Source: an uncultured Pseudobdellovibrionaceae bacterium
Lineage (GTDB): Bacteria; Bdellovibrionota; Bdellovibrionia; Bdellovibrionales; JAGQZY01
Assembly (NCBI GenBank): GCA_964588335.1
Contig: CAZPOV010000001.1
Span: 322,288 to 386,287 of the forward strand
Reading direction: 5' to 3'
DNA: 64,000 nt
The notes below the pieces were generated by a model. The model made no database searches. It was not told the origin of the DNA and saw nothing but the letters and a program-made list of their open reading frames with translations. The position numbers were made by a program, and so were the translations under genes. Shown here in pieces: positions 37,907 through 47,047 of this stretch (position 1 is the stretch's first letter; each line of letters begins with the position of its first letter).

Positions 37907-38667
37907 TCGATAGCGGGTTGTATTTTGGATTGGCCTGGAGCTTTCTCTACAAGTTTCGCACTTTTGACATTCAAGAAAAAGAGTTGCTGTGGCCCGTTTT
38001 CTGGGTGACCGAAGGTTCTGTTGAAAGCATTGTTGCGGTCTGCCGAGGAATTCTCTACCTCGCACCATTTCTTACCTTAGTAAAAAAAACACGTTGGCTT
38101 GGACAAGGGCTGACATTTATTTGTGCCGTTTTGGTTATTGCAATTTCCTATTCCAATGGGAAGTCGTATCATTCAGGACTTGTTTGGATCATTTTTATGT
38201 TGTCCTATTTCGGAGTGCGTTGGTTTGTCCGTCCTCACCACGCCATCCACTTCGCTTTTTTTTGCTTTTCAACAGCTTATATCAATTCCGGTCTTTGGAA
38301 ACTAAGAAGTTTAGCTGACTATCTATGGGAAACCGGAGACTTTTCGGTGCTTGTTTACACTCTGCAGGAGCATATTAGTGCTTCCGCTGTCGAGCGAGTG
38401 CAAGAGCCGACCTGGTTGGGGCAATTGGTGCTAGAGAATTTATGGCTTTCTGGGGTGCTGTGGGTGGGAGCTCTAATTGTCGAAGTGGGCGCCTGTGCCA
38501 TACCCTTGTTTCGGCGCCAGGCTTGGATGTTTGCACTGGCTTTGGCTTGCTTTCATCTTGGAGTGCTGCTCACAATGCAAATCAATTTTATGAGTTCGAT
38601 GGTCTTACTCAGTTTACTAACTGTTTATTTTTTAGTTAAAAAAGAAGATTTAAAGACCGCTGGGTGA
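37855..38667 (+). CDS. Polytopic membrane protein, unknown (start uncertain)
   Basis: 6-7 hydrophobic helices. The annotated ATG overlaps the upstream gene by 52 nt. An in-frame TTG at 37918 would avoid the overlap. Confidence 0.5.
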   Translation: METDLKRDAKQKIAGFIVDSGLYFGLAWSFLYKFRTFDIQEKELLWPVFWVTEGSVESIVAVCRGILYLAPFLTLVKKTRWLGQGLTFICAVLVIAISYSNGKSYHSGLVWIIFMLSYFGVRWFVRPHHAIHFAFFCFSTAYINSGLWKLRSLADYLWETGDFSVLVYTLQEHISASAVERVQEPTWLGQLVLENLWLSGVLWVGALIVEVGACAIPLFRRQAWMFALALACFHLGVLLTMQINFMSSMVLLSLLTVYFLVKKEDLKTAG

Positions 38668-38673
38668 GCTGGG

Positions 38674-39159
38674 TTATTTTGCACTTTCATGAACAAAACG
38701 TGTTGTATAGTACTTCACTAAATAATCGGTTTTGATCTCTTGGTTGTTATAAGTCCATACCAAGTCGCCAAAAGGTCCCCATTTTGCGAGAAGATACTCT
38801 TCGTCAGGTTGGGTGGCCTGGAAGGCGGGGTTGATGCCTTGGGCGCGATTGAATGTCATCGAAATCGTACCGGGTTGTTTCATGGCAAAAATAAGTTTGA
38901 AGCCATTGCGAAACAACATGAAATCGGCCTGAGTTTGAGAAATAGAGTAAGTCTTGATGCGCCCTAAAGGTGAGCCCTTCAGTTGATTGAATGCCGTGGT
39001 GGCGTCGACAAACTCTCTTTTCAATCGCGCTAAAAACAAGAGGGTTTCATTTTGAAGGAGTTTTTCCGGCTCGAATCCTGTGGTGATTTCGATCATGCCA
39101 GACTCTTCCATTTGTTGCTCGGTTCGCACCAAATCTTTGATCCATGACATTTTATCCAT
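38674..39159 (-). CDS. Hypothetical cytoplasmic protein (161 aa)
   Basis: Start at MDKMSWIKDL, with GGAGGG 9 nt upstream. No recognisable domain. Confidence 0.55.
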   Translation of the reverse strand: MDKMSWIKDLVRTEQQMEESGMIEITTGFEPEKLLQNETLLFLARLKREFVDATTAFNQLKGSPLGRIKTYSISQTQADFMLFRNGFKLIFAMKQPGTISMTFNRAQGINPAFQATQPDEEYLLAKWGPFGDLVWTYNNQEIKTDYLVKYYTTRFVHESAK

Positions 39160-39232
39160 AGGCCTTTTCCCTCCGGCGACGCTCTGCCGCATATTCTATG
39201 TTAGGGAGAAAGGGGATTGGCTGTCAAGGAAC

Positions 39233-42118
39233 TCACAAGCGGACGTTGAAAAAAGTGGTAAACCCCCCAAAAGCCTGCTCTTCTTGGCCATAATAAAGCC
39301 CCAGAGTGAAGGTCACAGGGACGTGGAAACCGACACTGACCTTGGATTCCAGCTCCATACCATAGCCGGTGAACCAGCGACCCATTTCGGTGAATTGGGA
39401 TGTTGAAAATTCACGGTCTCTGTAAAGTCCATCCAAGGTGGTGGCGTCAAAGACGATGTTACCTTGAATTCTTTTGAAAAATAGAGGCGGCGACGTCCAT
39501 CCTTTGAAAATATCGACAATCGGAAATCTGTATTCAAGGTTTGTATTAACCAGGGCATCTAGAGATAAGAAAACTCCTGTGGGGTAGCCTCGCTGCAAGT
39601 AAGCGGTGTTAACAATCTGGGGGTTGAAAAAGGGACCCGAAAGAGTGCTAGGGGAGAAGAAAGGATTTTTTAGTTGAGGTGTGTAGCTTCCGTTGATGCC
39701 GAGATAAAGAACGCTCCGGCCTGGTGTAAACGAGGACCAAAAGGTTCCGATGTGGGCCGAGGTTTCGCCGTACTCCACATTGCTCAGATCAGGTAAGAAT
39801 TCTTGATGACTTAACTGGAGGCGCCATCCTTCACTGGCCGAAACATCTTGGGGTTTGGCTTTGGTGTCGGAATAGGAGAACTGCAGTTCAGGGCCCTGGC
39901 GGATATACAAGTTGGAGTTAAAATCCAACTGGCTATAGTTCCAACGAAACAGCATCTGAGTGTTGTCTAAAAATCCCAAGCGATAACCTAAAATTCCACT
40001 GGCGTTGGAGTAGTGTAAACTGGTTTCGGTGGGATAGAACCAACTGTAGACATCCGAAACCGCTACGCCCATAGAAACCGGGAAGGACCGGTTGATATAA
40101 GAGGCCGAGCCACCGGCCTTTTTGGTCAAGGTGTCCCACTGGCCGACCACTGAAATGTTGTTGATACCGAGAGGATCACCAGCTGAGGTCATAGCTTGAA
40201 AGATAGTGCCACCATCAACTACATACAGAAACGGAATCCAGTGATTGGGATAAAGGTAGCGCCAAGGCGAGAAAGCATCGGCTTTGTATTTCTGTACTTG
40301 TCGAGTCGTGCCTTCAGGGTTCGACTGCGACGACTGAGTGCCTTCCTCTTGCAGATCATAATTGACGATAGGCTCGACTTGCGGAGGTTTATCGGGAAGG
40401 CTCTCCCATTGCGCGCCCTTTAGGTAATAAAGTTTGGGGCCGTCCGCGGTCAGTTGGCTGAAGTAAAGACCGTCATCCAAAGGATCCAGTTCACCTTGCA
40501 ACACTCGGGTCAAGGTGTTGGTGATGGCCATCGGCCGTTGTTGTTGATTCAGTAGATACAGATTGTCGATCCCACTTTGCGGAGACGAAATCATGAGACC
40601 TCGATGGGTGTTGGTTGCAAACTGCACAGGATAGTCAGAAAAAATCACAGACTTTTCTTTTGAGGTGGCATTAAATTTGGAGAGGTGAGGCTCATTGCCG
40701 GCCAAATGTTCAACGAAATACACGGTTTGATCTTCACCACAAGAAAGGTGTCGAATATCATCGCCGATGTCGGTTGTGTAGAGCGTCGAAGTTTGTTGTG
40801 ACAACCAGTCCATAACCATTAAGCTTTTTTGGGGCCCGTTGTTAGAAAGGTAGAACAATTTTTTACCAAGAGGTGAAAAGCAAGAACTGTGGGCTCTTTG
40901 TCCCTTGGTCAGCCTTTTCGATTTTTGAGTTTGTAGATCGTAGAAATAAAGGTCAAAAAACTGATTATAGAAATTCCAGGAGTCGAGTTTCTCATAAACA
41001 AAACCTGTCGAGGCCGGATGCCATGCTATGGATTTCGTGCGACTGGATTCGACCACTCGTTTGCTTTTGTACCCTCGAAATCCAAGCTTCGGGTGTCGAA
41101 GTGTTAATTCGACATGTCCGTAGCCATCCAAATCGTTACGGATGTTGGCCATCCACAAACCATCAGAGCTGATTTTAGGAAACAAAAACATGGCGTCTTC
41201 GTTGTTGGAGAGTCTTTCACCACGAAGGTGAGGTGTTCGAGCCACCGTTGTAACTTGTTGTTTGGCTCTTTTTTCCCAGTAGTCGTAGGCTTTTTTCAAT
41301 TGCTCTTCGTAGTTCACACCCAGGTAGGATTCGATCACCCCATCAAGAAAAAAAGGGATTCTTCGAGAATAACTTTGATTGAAACGGTTGACCATCTCGG
41401 GGCCTTTTTCACGGGCGATGCTGTCCCAAAGGATGCCTCCAAAAAGATAGGCCCGGGCTCCCCCAACCCAGTCCAAGTGACCATCGTTGAGATCACTAAG
41501 GGGATAGTCTTGCCATTTTTTTTCGATGGTCAGCGCCCGCGCCAATCCCTCTAGGTACTGGGAGTTTAAACGGCCGCCGGTCTTTGATACTTTCGACTCG
41601 GTATAAACAGCCAATCCTTCGGTGTACCAACGAGGTAAAATCATATTGGGGTGGGCGATCGAACCAAAAATCCAATAAAAAGGGGAGATCCAGCCGTGGA
41701 CGGGCTCCATGTTAAGTACATGGGTGTACTCATGCACCAGAAGTTCGTGGACGTAGTCATTGAACTCACCGATCGAAGAGTAATTATGAGGTTGCACAGT
41801 AAATAGGACAATAACCGGATGGGGGGAGACCCTTGCCGATCCATTGGCGACGTCAGTATTGTCGATCAAAACGATGGTTGGTTTGCGAGACGGCTCTTTA
41901 AAAAGTTCAAGAACCTGCTCTTTTGCCCGCTGAAACTGCATTATATAATATTCTGCGACCTCTTGATGTTTGGCGTCAAAAATCCAGTAAGCTGTTTCTG
42001 TTTCTATTTCTTTCCATTCAATATTAGGATCGACTTGCGCCTGTAAGCCAAGCGGGATGCTGAGTAGAGTCAGTTGGAGTATCAAAAAAGTAATAAGAGT
42101 TTTCGGTGTATTCGGCAT
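39233..42118 (-). CDS. Outer-membrane fusion protein: MA-clan zinc peptidase-like domain, PD40/TolB-like beta-propeller, Omp85 (Bac_surface_Ag) type beta-barrel
   Basis: Signal peptide. HExxH in LLVHEYTHVLN plus downstream WYTEGLAVY. PD40-like CFSPLGKKLFYLSNNGPQKSLMVMD. C-terminal barrel motifs LQRGYPTGVF...NLEYRFPIVD...IVFDATTL...GYGMELES...TFTLGLYYG. Confidence 0.7.
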   Translation of the reverse strand: MPNTPKTLITFLILQLTLLSIPLGLQAQVDPNIEWKEIETETAYWIFDAKHQEVAEYYIMQFQRAKEQVLELFKEPSRKPTIVLIDNTDVANGSARVSPHPVIVLFTVQPHNYSSIGEFNDYVHELLVHEYTHVLNMEPVHGWISPFYWIFGSIAHPNMILPRWYTEGLAVYTESKVSKTGGRLNSQYLEGLARALTIEKKWQDYPLSDLNDGHLDWVGGARAYLFGGILWDSIAREKGPEMVNRFNQSYSRRIPFFLDGVIESYLGVNYEEQLKKAYDYWEKRAKQQVTTVARTPHLRGERLSNNEDAMFLFPKISSDGLWMANIRNDLDGYGHVELTLRHPKLGFRGYKSKRVVESSRTKSIAWHPASTGFVYEKLDSWNFYNQFFDLYFYDLQTQKSKRLTKGQRAHSSCFSPLGKKLFYLSNNGPQKSLMVMDWLSQQTSTLYTTDIGDDIRHLSCGEDQTVYFVEHLAGNEPHLSKFNATSKEKSVIFSDYPVQFATNTHRGLMISSPQSGIDNLYLLNQQQRPMAITNTLTRVLQGELDPLDDGLYFSQLTADGPKLYYLKGAQWESLPDKPPQVEPIVNYDLQEEGTQSSQSNPEGTTRQVQKYKADAFSPWRYLYPNHWIPFLYVVDGGTIFQAMTSAGDPLGINNISVVGQWDTLTKKAGGSASYINRSFPVSMGVAVSDVYSWFYPTETSLHYSNASGILGYRLGFLDNTQMLFRWNYSQLDFNSNLYIRQGPELQFSYSDTKAKPQDVSASEGWRLQLSHQEFLPDLSNVEYGETSAHIGTFWSSFTPGRSVLYLGINGSYTPQLKNPFFSPSTLSGPFFNPQIVNTAYLQRGYPTGVFLSLDALVNTNLEYRFPIVDIFKGWTSPPLFFKRIQGNIVFDATTLDGLYRDREFSTSQFTEMGRWFTGYGMELESKVSVGFHVPVTFTLGLYYGQEEQAFGGFTTFFNVRL

Positions 42119-42208
42119 ACTTTCCCTGCTAAGTCTTTCCTGTGGCGTTTTAAGAGTTTGACATCAATTAAAGAGTTTTTAAAATACAATCATACAAAGG
42201 AGTGCAAA

Positions 42209-42697
42209 ATGTGTAAGAAAATCATTTTTGCCTTAACAGCTATCGTTTTCATCACCGCATGTTCATCAAAAGACAAAGAGCCAGTTGACACTATTGAGGT
42301 CGATGGTGGCGTAACCGAAAAACCACTTGGTTTTGATCCTATGGGTTCAGACAGTGGAAATATTCCGGGGCTGGCCACAGTGCACTTCGAATATGACAGA
42401 TTTGCTTTGAGCCCTGAAGCTCGAAACATTTTGGCACAGAATGCTGACTTCATGAGAAACAACGAAAACGTGAATCTTCAAATTGAAGGTCACTGTGATT
42501 CTCGTGGGTCCATTGAGTACAACTTAACTCTCGGCGAGAGACGAGCCAATGCCGTCAAGGCTTATCTTGTCAGCTTGGGAATTCCTGATTCAAGACTGTC
42601 AGTCCTAAGTTACGGAGAAGAGAAACCAATGAATGCTGGCGACACCGAGTCGGCTCATGCGGCCAACCGACGAGCCAACTTCGTTCCTGTTCAGTAG
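42209..42697 (+). CDS. pal: Peptidoglycan-associated lipoprotein Pal (OmpA-like domain)
   Basis: Lipobox FITAC in MCKKIIFALTAIVFITACSS. VHFEYDRFALSPEAR..LQIEGHCDSRGSIEYNLTLGERRANAVKAYL. AAAGGAG RBS. Confidence 0.9.
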   Translation: MCKKIIFALTAIVFITACSSKDKEPVDTIEVDGGVTEKPLGFDPMGSDSGNIPGLATVHFEYDRFALSPEARNILAQNADFMRNNENVNLQIEGHCDSRGSIEYNLTLGERRANAVKAYLVSLGIPDSRLSVLSYGEEKPMNAGDTESAHAANRRANFVPVQ

Positions 42698-42701
42698 GAC
42701 T

Positions 42702-43034
42702 ATGTTGAGTAAAATTATATCGACTTTTAAAGGGCACTGGATTCTGTGCCCTTTGCTATTTCTAGCCATTGGTTGTGTGAATAAGCAACCACCCAGAGAG
42801 GAATTCAACCTGGCCAGAGCGGCCCTGCTAGCGGCAAAAACTAGCGAAGCAAAGCGTTATGCTCCCAGAGTGTATTCTCAAGCCAGAAGGTATATGAGGG
42901 AAGCGGAACGGGCCTATAAAGATCGCTATTTTGAAAAGTCCACTGATTATTTTCGTAAGTCGCGGTATTATTCTGAAAAGGCCGAGAACATTTCTCGTGT
43001 TATGATGTTTAAGCAAGGAGCGATGGGACCATGA
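42702..43034 (+). CDS. Small lipoprotein (110 aa), helical
   Basis: MLSKIISTFKGHWILCPLLFLAIGC lipobox. ARAALLAAKTSEAKRYAP..ARRYMREAERAY helical repeat (DUF4398-like impression). Confidence 0.6.
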   Translation: MLSKIISTFKGHWILCPLLFLAIGCVNKQPPREEFNLARAALLAAKTSEAKRYAPRVYSQARRYMREAERAYKDRYFEKSTDYFRKSRYYSEKAENISRVMMFKQGAMGP

Positions 43035-43720
43035 AATTTGTGCTTTCAGTTGTGTTGATGGTGTCGGTGGCGGGTTGTTTGAAAACCCGCTCAGAGTTAA
43101 AGAATGATGAATCCGGAAATATGCGAACCGATGCTTCGGGGACCTATGTCGCTGGCAATATGAATCAGCAGCAACGGGCGCAGATTGATTCGCGTTTTTT
43201 TGAAATTGATCGAGACTTTCGTGAACTTTATGGAAAAATTGAAGTCATCGAAAGAAAGCTGCAAGAAACACAAACAGCGCCGACTCAAACCGCAGCTCCC
43301 ATGGGATCTGGTGTTTCTGATGATAAAATAAAATCACTTGAAAAGCGCATTTCAACTTTGGAAGAGGCTCTTCTGTCGTTGGATAAAAAGCTCAATAATA
43401 TTAGTAAAGGCGGAACTGGCGGCAACGGAGGTTCGGCGCAACTTCTTGAAAACAGTTTAAAGAATGCTAAGGGTCCGTTTGGCCGTGGTGAAATTCTTTT
43501 CACCGCCGGTCGATATGAAGAGGCGATTGCCTCTTACGACAAGTACCGTAAGCAATTTCCTCGCGGACGCCGCTATCCTCATGCCACTTTGAAAATGGGC
43601 CTGTGTTTTCAAAAGCTGAAAATGGCCAACGATGCCAAAGCTTTCTACAAAGAAGTGATTCAGCGGTATCCCAACACTCGAGTTTCAGTTCGAGCCGAAC
43701 AAAATTTAAAAAAACTATAG
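43031..43720 (+). CDS. cpoB: Tol-Pal system protein CpoB/YbgF (coiled coil plus TPR)
   Basis: N-terminal coiled coil. C-terminal GRYEEAIASYDKYRKQFPRGRRYPHATLKMGLCFQKLKMANDAKAFYKEVIQRYPN is the YbgF TPR signature. ATGA overlap with the upstream gene. Confidence 0.8.
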   Translation: MKFVLSVVLMVSVAGCLKTRSELKNDESGNMRTDASGTYVAGNMNQQQRAQIDSRFFEIDRDFRELYGKIEVIERKLQETQTAPTQTAAPMGSGVSDDKIKSLEKRISTLEEALLSLDKKLNNISKGGTGGNGGSAQLLENSLKNAKGPFGRGEILFTAGRYEEAIASYDKYRKQFPRGRRYPHATLKMGLCFQKLKMANDAKAFYKEVIQRYPNTRVSVRAEQNLKKL

Positions 43721-43721
43721 G

Positions 43722-44744
43722 ATGAAATACGTCTTATCCATTGAGACAAGTTGTGATGACACCTCGATTGCGGTCATTGATAGTCAAAGGCGTGTGCTCT
43801 GCTGTTTGGTGGCCAGCCAGGATTTGGTGCACAAACCTTTTGGTGGTGTTGTTCCTGAGATTGCCAGTCGAAATCACACCGCCCACATTTTGCCTTTGAT
43901 TGAAGAGGCGTTTAAAAAAACTCAACTGGATTGGAATGATTTTTTGGGAATCGCAGTGACCAACCGTCCAGGGTTGGTCGGGTCGTTAATCGTCGGACTC
44001 GTCACTGCAAAAAGTTTGGCTTTAGCCAACGGACTGCCTTTTATAGGAATCCATCATATCGAAGGCCATCTTATGGCTCCGTTTCTCATCGATGATCAGT
44101 ATCGGGGTGGCGACTTTTACAATGATAACTTTGTGGCTCTGGTAGTCAGTGGGGGGCACACTCAGCTGTATTCAGTCAAAGGCTTTGGTCAGTATGAAGT
44201 TCTTGGTCAGACCATTGATGACGCCGCTGGTGAGGCGTTTGACAAGTTTGCCAAGATGCTTGGTTTGCCTTATCCAGGCGGGGTTGAGGTCGATCGCCTG
44301 GCTCAAAAAGGGGACCCCAAGAGTTTCAATTTTCCGAAACCACTCTTAAAAGAAGACAATTACAACTTCAGTTTTTCGGGCTTAAAGTCTGCAGCACAAA
44401 GGTGTCTTGCTAAAATGACTGAGCCGGAAATTAACAAAAACAAAGCCGACCTCTGTGCCAGTTACCAGGCTACGATCGTCGAGGTTTTAGGTAAAAAACT
44501 GGAGCGAGCCATTTTACAAACAGGCACTAAAAAGTTTGTCGTCAGTGGTGGAGTGAGTGCCAATTCGGGACTCCGAAAGTGTGCCGAAGAATTGGCTGTT
44601 AAACACAGCCTAGAGCTTGCTTTACCGCCTCTGCGTTATTGTACCGACAATGCAGCGATGATAGGGCTGGCGGGGATGTTACGTCTCTCCCGCGGAGAGA
44701 GCTCCCCTCAAGATTTGGCCCCCTCCCCCCGAGCGCCTCTATGA
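43722..44744 (+). CDS. tsaD: tRNA N6-adenosine threonylcarbamoyltransferase TsaD
   Basis: VLSIETSCDDTSIAVID, GVVPEIASRNH, IGIHHIEGHLMAPFL, YCTDNAAMIG. Confidence 0.95.
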   Translation: MKYVLSIETSCDDTSIAVIDSQRRVLCCLVASQDLVHKPFGGVVPEIASRNHTAHILPLIEEAFKKTQLDWNDFLGIAVTNRPGLVGSLIVGLVTAKSLALANGLPFIGIHHIEGHLMAPFLIDDQYRGGDFYNDNFVALVVSGGHTQLYSVKGFGQYEVLGQTIDDAAGEAFDKFAKMLGLPYPGGVEVDRLAQKGDPKSFNFPKPLLKEDNYNFSFSGLKSAAQRCLAKMTEPEINKNKADLCASYQATIVEVLGKKLERAILQTGTKKFVVSGGVSANSGLRKCAEELAVKHSLELALPPLRYCTDNAAMIGLAGMLRLSRGESSPQDLAPSPRAPL

Positions 44745-45559
44745 TTGGTGGTTTAAAGCAGAAAATTAAACAACGTATGCAAGAGCTGGGTATTGAACCG
44801 AAAAGGTCTTTGGGGCAAAACTTTTTAATCAGTGAAGGGGTCGTCAAAAAAATTATTGCGGCCGCTGAGGTGGATAGCTATCCCGAGGTTTTTGAGATTG
44901 GCCCCGGACTGGGAGCTTTGACCGATTTCATAATAGAAAAAGCGAGCCAATTGAATCTTATTGAATTGGATCATCGCTTTGCTGAGTATTGGCGAAGTCG
45001 AAATCAACGAGTGTTCGAGATCGACGCTTTAAAGCATCCTTGGTCACCCTTGCCTTCTGAGGATCAACGTCTGTTGATAAGCAATTTACCCTATCAAATA
45101 TCGTCTCGATTGGTGGTCGACTTTTCAAAAAGTGAGCCGATCTTTACGCGGATGGTTTTGATGTTTCAAAAAGAGGTGGCTCAGAGAATTCAGGCCACCG
45201 CCCATCGTGCCGATTATGGACTTCTCTCGGTTGTGGCTCAGAGTTATTGGAGAATAGAAAAAGTTACAGAGGCGGGAGCGATTGATTTTTTCCCGAAGCC
45301 AAAAGTTGCCAGTCGAGTCTTAAAGTTTGATCACAAGCCCATTCTGGCAGCAAATATAAGTGACCAAGAATACCTAGCTTTTTTAAAACTCTCATTTGCG
45401 AATCGACGTAAAATTTTAAAGCCTAAGCTGAGTGCCTTTGCTAGTAAAGACAAGCTTAGTGCCATTTTTGACGATCAGAGCTTAGATCCTAAGGTGCGAG
45501 CCGAAAACCTGTCTCCGCAGCAGTTCCGAGACCTATACAGAGCTCTAAAAACAGAGTAA
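44741..45559 (+). CDS. rsmA: 16S rRNA (adenine1518/1519-N6)-dimethyltransferase RsmA/KsgA
   Basis: KRSLGQNFLISEG, EIGPGLGALT, NLPYQISS. ATGA overlap with tsaD. Confidence 0.9.
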   Translation: MIGGLKQKIKQRMQELGIEPKRSLGQNFLISEGVVKKIIAAAEVDSYPEVFEIGPGLGALTDFIIEKASQLNLIELDHRFAEYWRSRNQRVFEIDALKHPWSPLPSEDQRLLISNLPYQISSRLVVDFSKSEPIFTRMVLMFQKEVAQRIQATAHRADYGLLSVVAQSYWRIEKVTEAGAIDFFPKPKVASRVLKFDHKPILAANISDQEYLAFLKLSFANRRKILKPKLSAFASKDKLSAIFDDQSLDPKVRAENLSPQQFRDLYRALKTE

Positions 45560-45568
45560 AACCCCGTT

Positions 45569-46015
45569 ATGGGTATTAAGATTATTGCCGACAACAAAAA
45601 AGCCCGTTTCGACTACGAAATCGTAGAGAAATTTGAAGCGGGTATGGTTCTCACTGGCAGTGAAGTGAAAAGTATTCGCGATGGAGCCGTCAATTTAAAG
45701 GATTCCTATGTGGCTTTTCGAAACGGCGAGGCCTTTTTGCAAAACGCCCATATCAGTGTTTATGAGGCCAGCAGTATTAATAATCATGAGCCTGAGCGCC
45801 TGCGAAAGTTGCTGATGCATCGAGAAGAAATTGATAAGATCATGGGTAAAGTGCAGGGTAAAAGTCTGACGTGTGTGCCATTGAAAATGTATTTCAAACG
45901 AGGTCGAGTGAAAGTCGAAATCGGTTTGGGGCGTGGTAAAAAGAAGCACGACAAACGCCAATCAATAAAACAAAAAGAGTCTGACAGAGAACTTGCCCGC
46001 GCCTTAAAAAAGTAG
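45569..46015 (+). CDS. smpB: SsrA-binding protein SmpB
   Basis: IADNKKARFDYEIVEKFEAGMVLTGSEVKSIR...LLMHREEI...LKMYFKRGRVKVEIGLGRGKK. Confidence 0.95.
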   Translation: MGIKIIADNKKARFDYEIVEKFEAGMVLTGSEVKSIRDGAVNLKDSYVAFRNGEAFLQNAHISVYEASSINNHEPERLRKLLMHREEIDKIMGKVQGKSLTCVPLKMYFKRGRVKVEIGLGRGKKKHDKRQSIKQKESDRELARALKK

Positions 46016-46022
46016 GGGAAAC

Positions 46023-46985
46023 ATGAATTTTTCAGCAGAGCATCTCAAAGAAAACCTGTGGGCTTGGCAGTCGCTGGCCATAATGAGCGCCATGGGTGTT
46101 CCATTGAGCGATGGTCTTTTTGCTGTTGAAGAAGAGTATGAAAGCAATGGCGTGACCCCTCAGTTTTCGGCGCTGGTCTCAGAGGTCGAAAGGTCTCGCG
46201 GACTCCCGCCCCAGGAAGACTGGCATCCGGAAGCCTTTTTGCAAGCCGAAAAGTCTTGCTTTGCCGTTGGCTGGGCCACGGGGATGCTTGAAATGGGTCT
46301 TGACCCTTGTTGTGACATTTTAAGGTCTCATATTCTTTTTCATAGTGGGGACACCAAAATTTCAAGGTCTGATCTGTTTTTTTATCAGTTTTACCGACTG
46401 CTGACATCCAGTCAGCCGATCCTGCAGGTGTTATCGATCCTTGAGCACGATCTCAACTACGATGAATTTCAAGACCTTATTACTCAATCTAAGCAGACCG
46501 TCACACAAGGGGGCGCACTGGCGTCTGTCTTTAAAGACTTCAGGGAACTGCTGCCTTCTGGTTTCGCCGAGGCGTTTGAGTCATTCGAAAAACAGGGTGA
46601 GATCGAGACACTGCGGAACTTTTTAAAGGACTCTCAGACCGGTCCGCTTTTTAAAGCTATTGATGACTATTGGCAAAATCATGCTCAGTCGGAAAAAGTG
46701 AGTTTTTACCAAAGTTTGTCGCTCAGTCTGCATCAAGGACAATCCCTGCAAGATGCTTTCGACGGTGCCTTTCAAAAAGTTACAGACGCTGATTTCAAAG
46801 ACCGGTGGAAGGGTGTGTTCCAGCTTTTTCAAGGTGATTTTCAAGACCCGGTGAAGGCAATGATGGCGCTGGGCTTGACTCGAAAAGAGGCATTGATTTG
46901 CAGTGCGGGTTTTTATTCTGGGGCTCTCGACCTGGCATTCAAAAGTTTGGTCGCTTTAAAGATGGCCGAGAAAAAACCCACCTAA
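46023..46985 (+). CDS. Soluble protein built of three GspF/PilC-cytoplasmic-domain-like repeats (tentative)
   Basis: Three segments fit the T2SSF helical-bundle pattern (aG.pL..aL ... G.sL...f ... fp ... GE.sG.L...L). One example is SSQPILQVLSILEH..VTQGGALASVFKDFRELLPSGFAEAFESFEKQGEIETLRNFL. No TM helix is present. Confidence 0.45.
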   Translation: MNFSAEHLKENLWAWQSLAIMSAMGVPLSDGLFAVEEEYESNGVTPQFSALVSEVERSRGLPPQEDWHPEAFLQAEKSCFAVGWATGMLEMGLDPCCDILRSHILFHSGDTKISRSDLFFYQFYRLLTSSQPILQVLSILEHDLNYDEFQDLITQSKQTVTQGGALASVFKDFRELLPSGFAEAFESFEKQGEIETLRNFLKDSQTGPLFKAIDDYWQNHAQSEKVSFYQSLSLSLHQGQSLQDAFDGAFQKVTDADFKDRWKGVFQLFQGDFQDPVKAMMALGLTRKEALICSAGFYSGALDLAFKSLVALKMAEKKPT

Positions 46986-47047
46986 GGTCGAGCTCAAACG
47001 CTCGTCCAAGCCTTGCTCCCTATCTTAGAACGTAATAGCATCTAACT

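Noticed and set aside
39313-42046. Internal and antisense ORFs within the 961-aa gene (39313, 39933, 40196, 40873, 41114, 41641, 41819).
   Set aside because: All are nested in a long ORF with coherent domain structure. None has motifs or an RBS.
42074-42208. N-terminal extension of the pal ORF (start at 42074), overlapping the 961-aa gene start.
   Set aside because: The extension lacks signal-peptide character. ATG 42209 has an AAAGGAG RBS and yields a proper lipoprotein signal.
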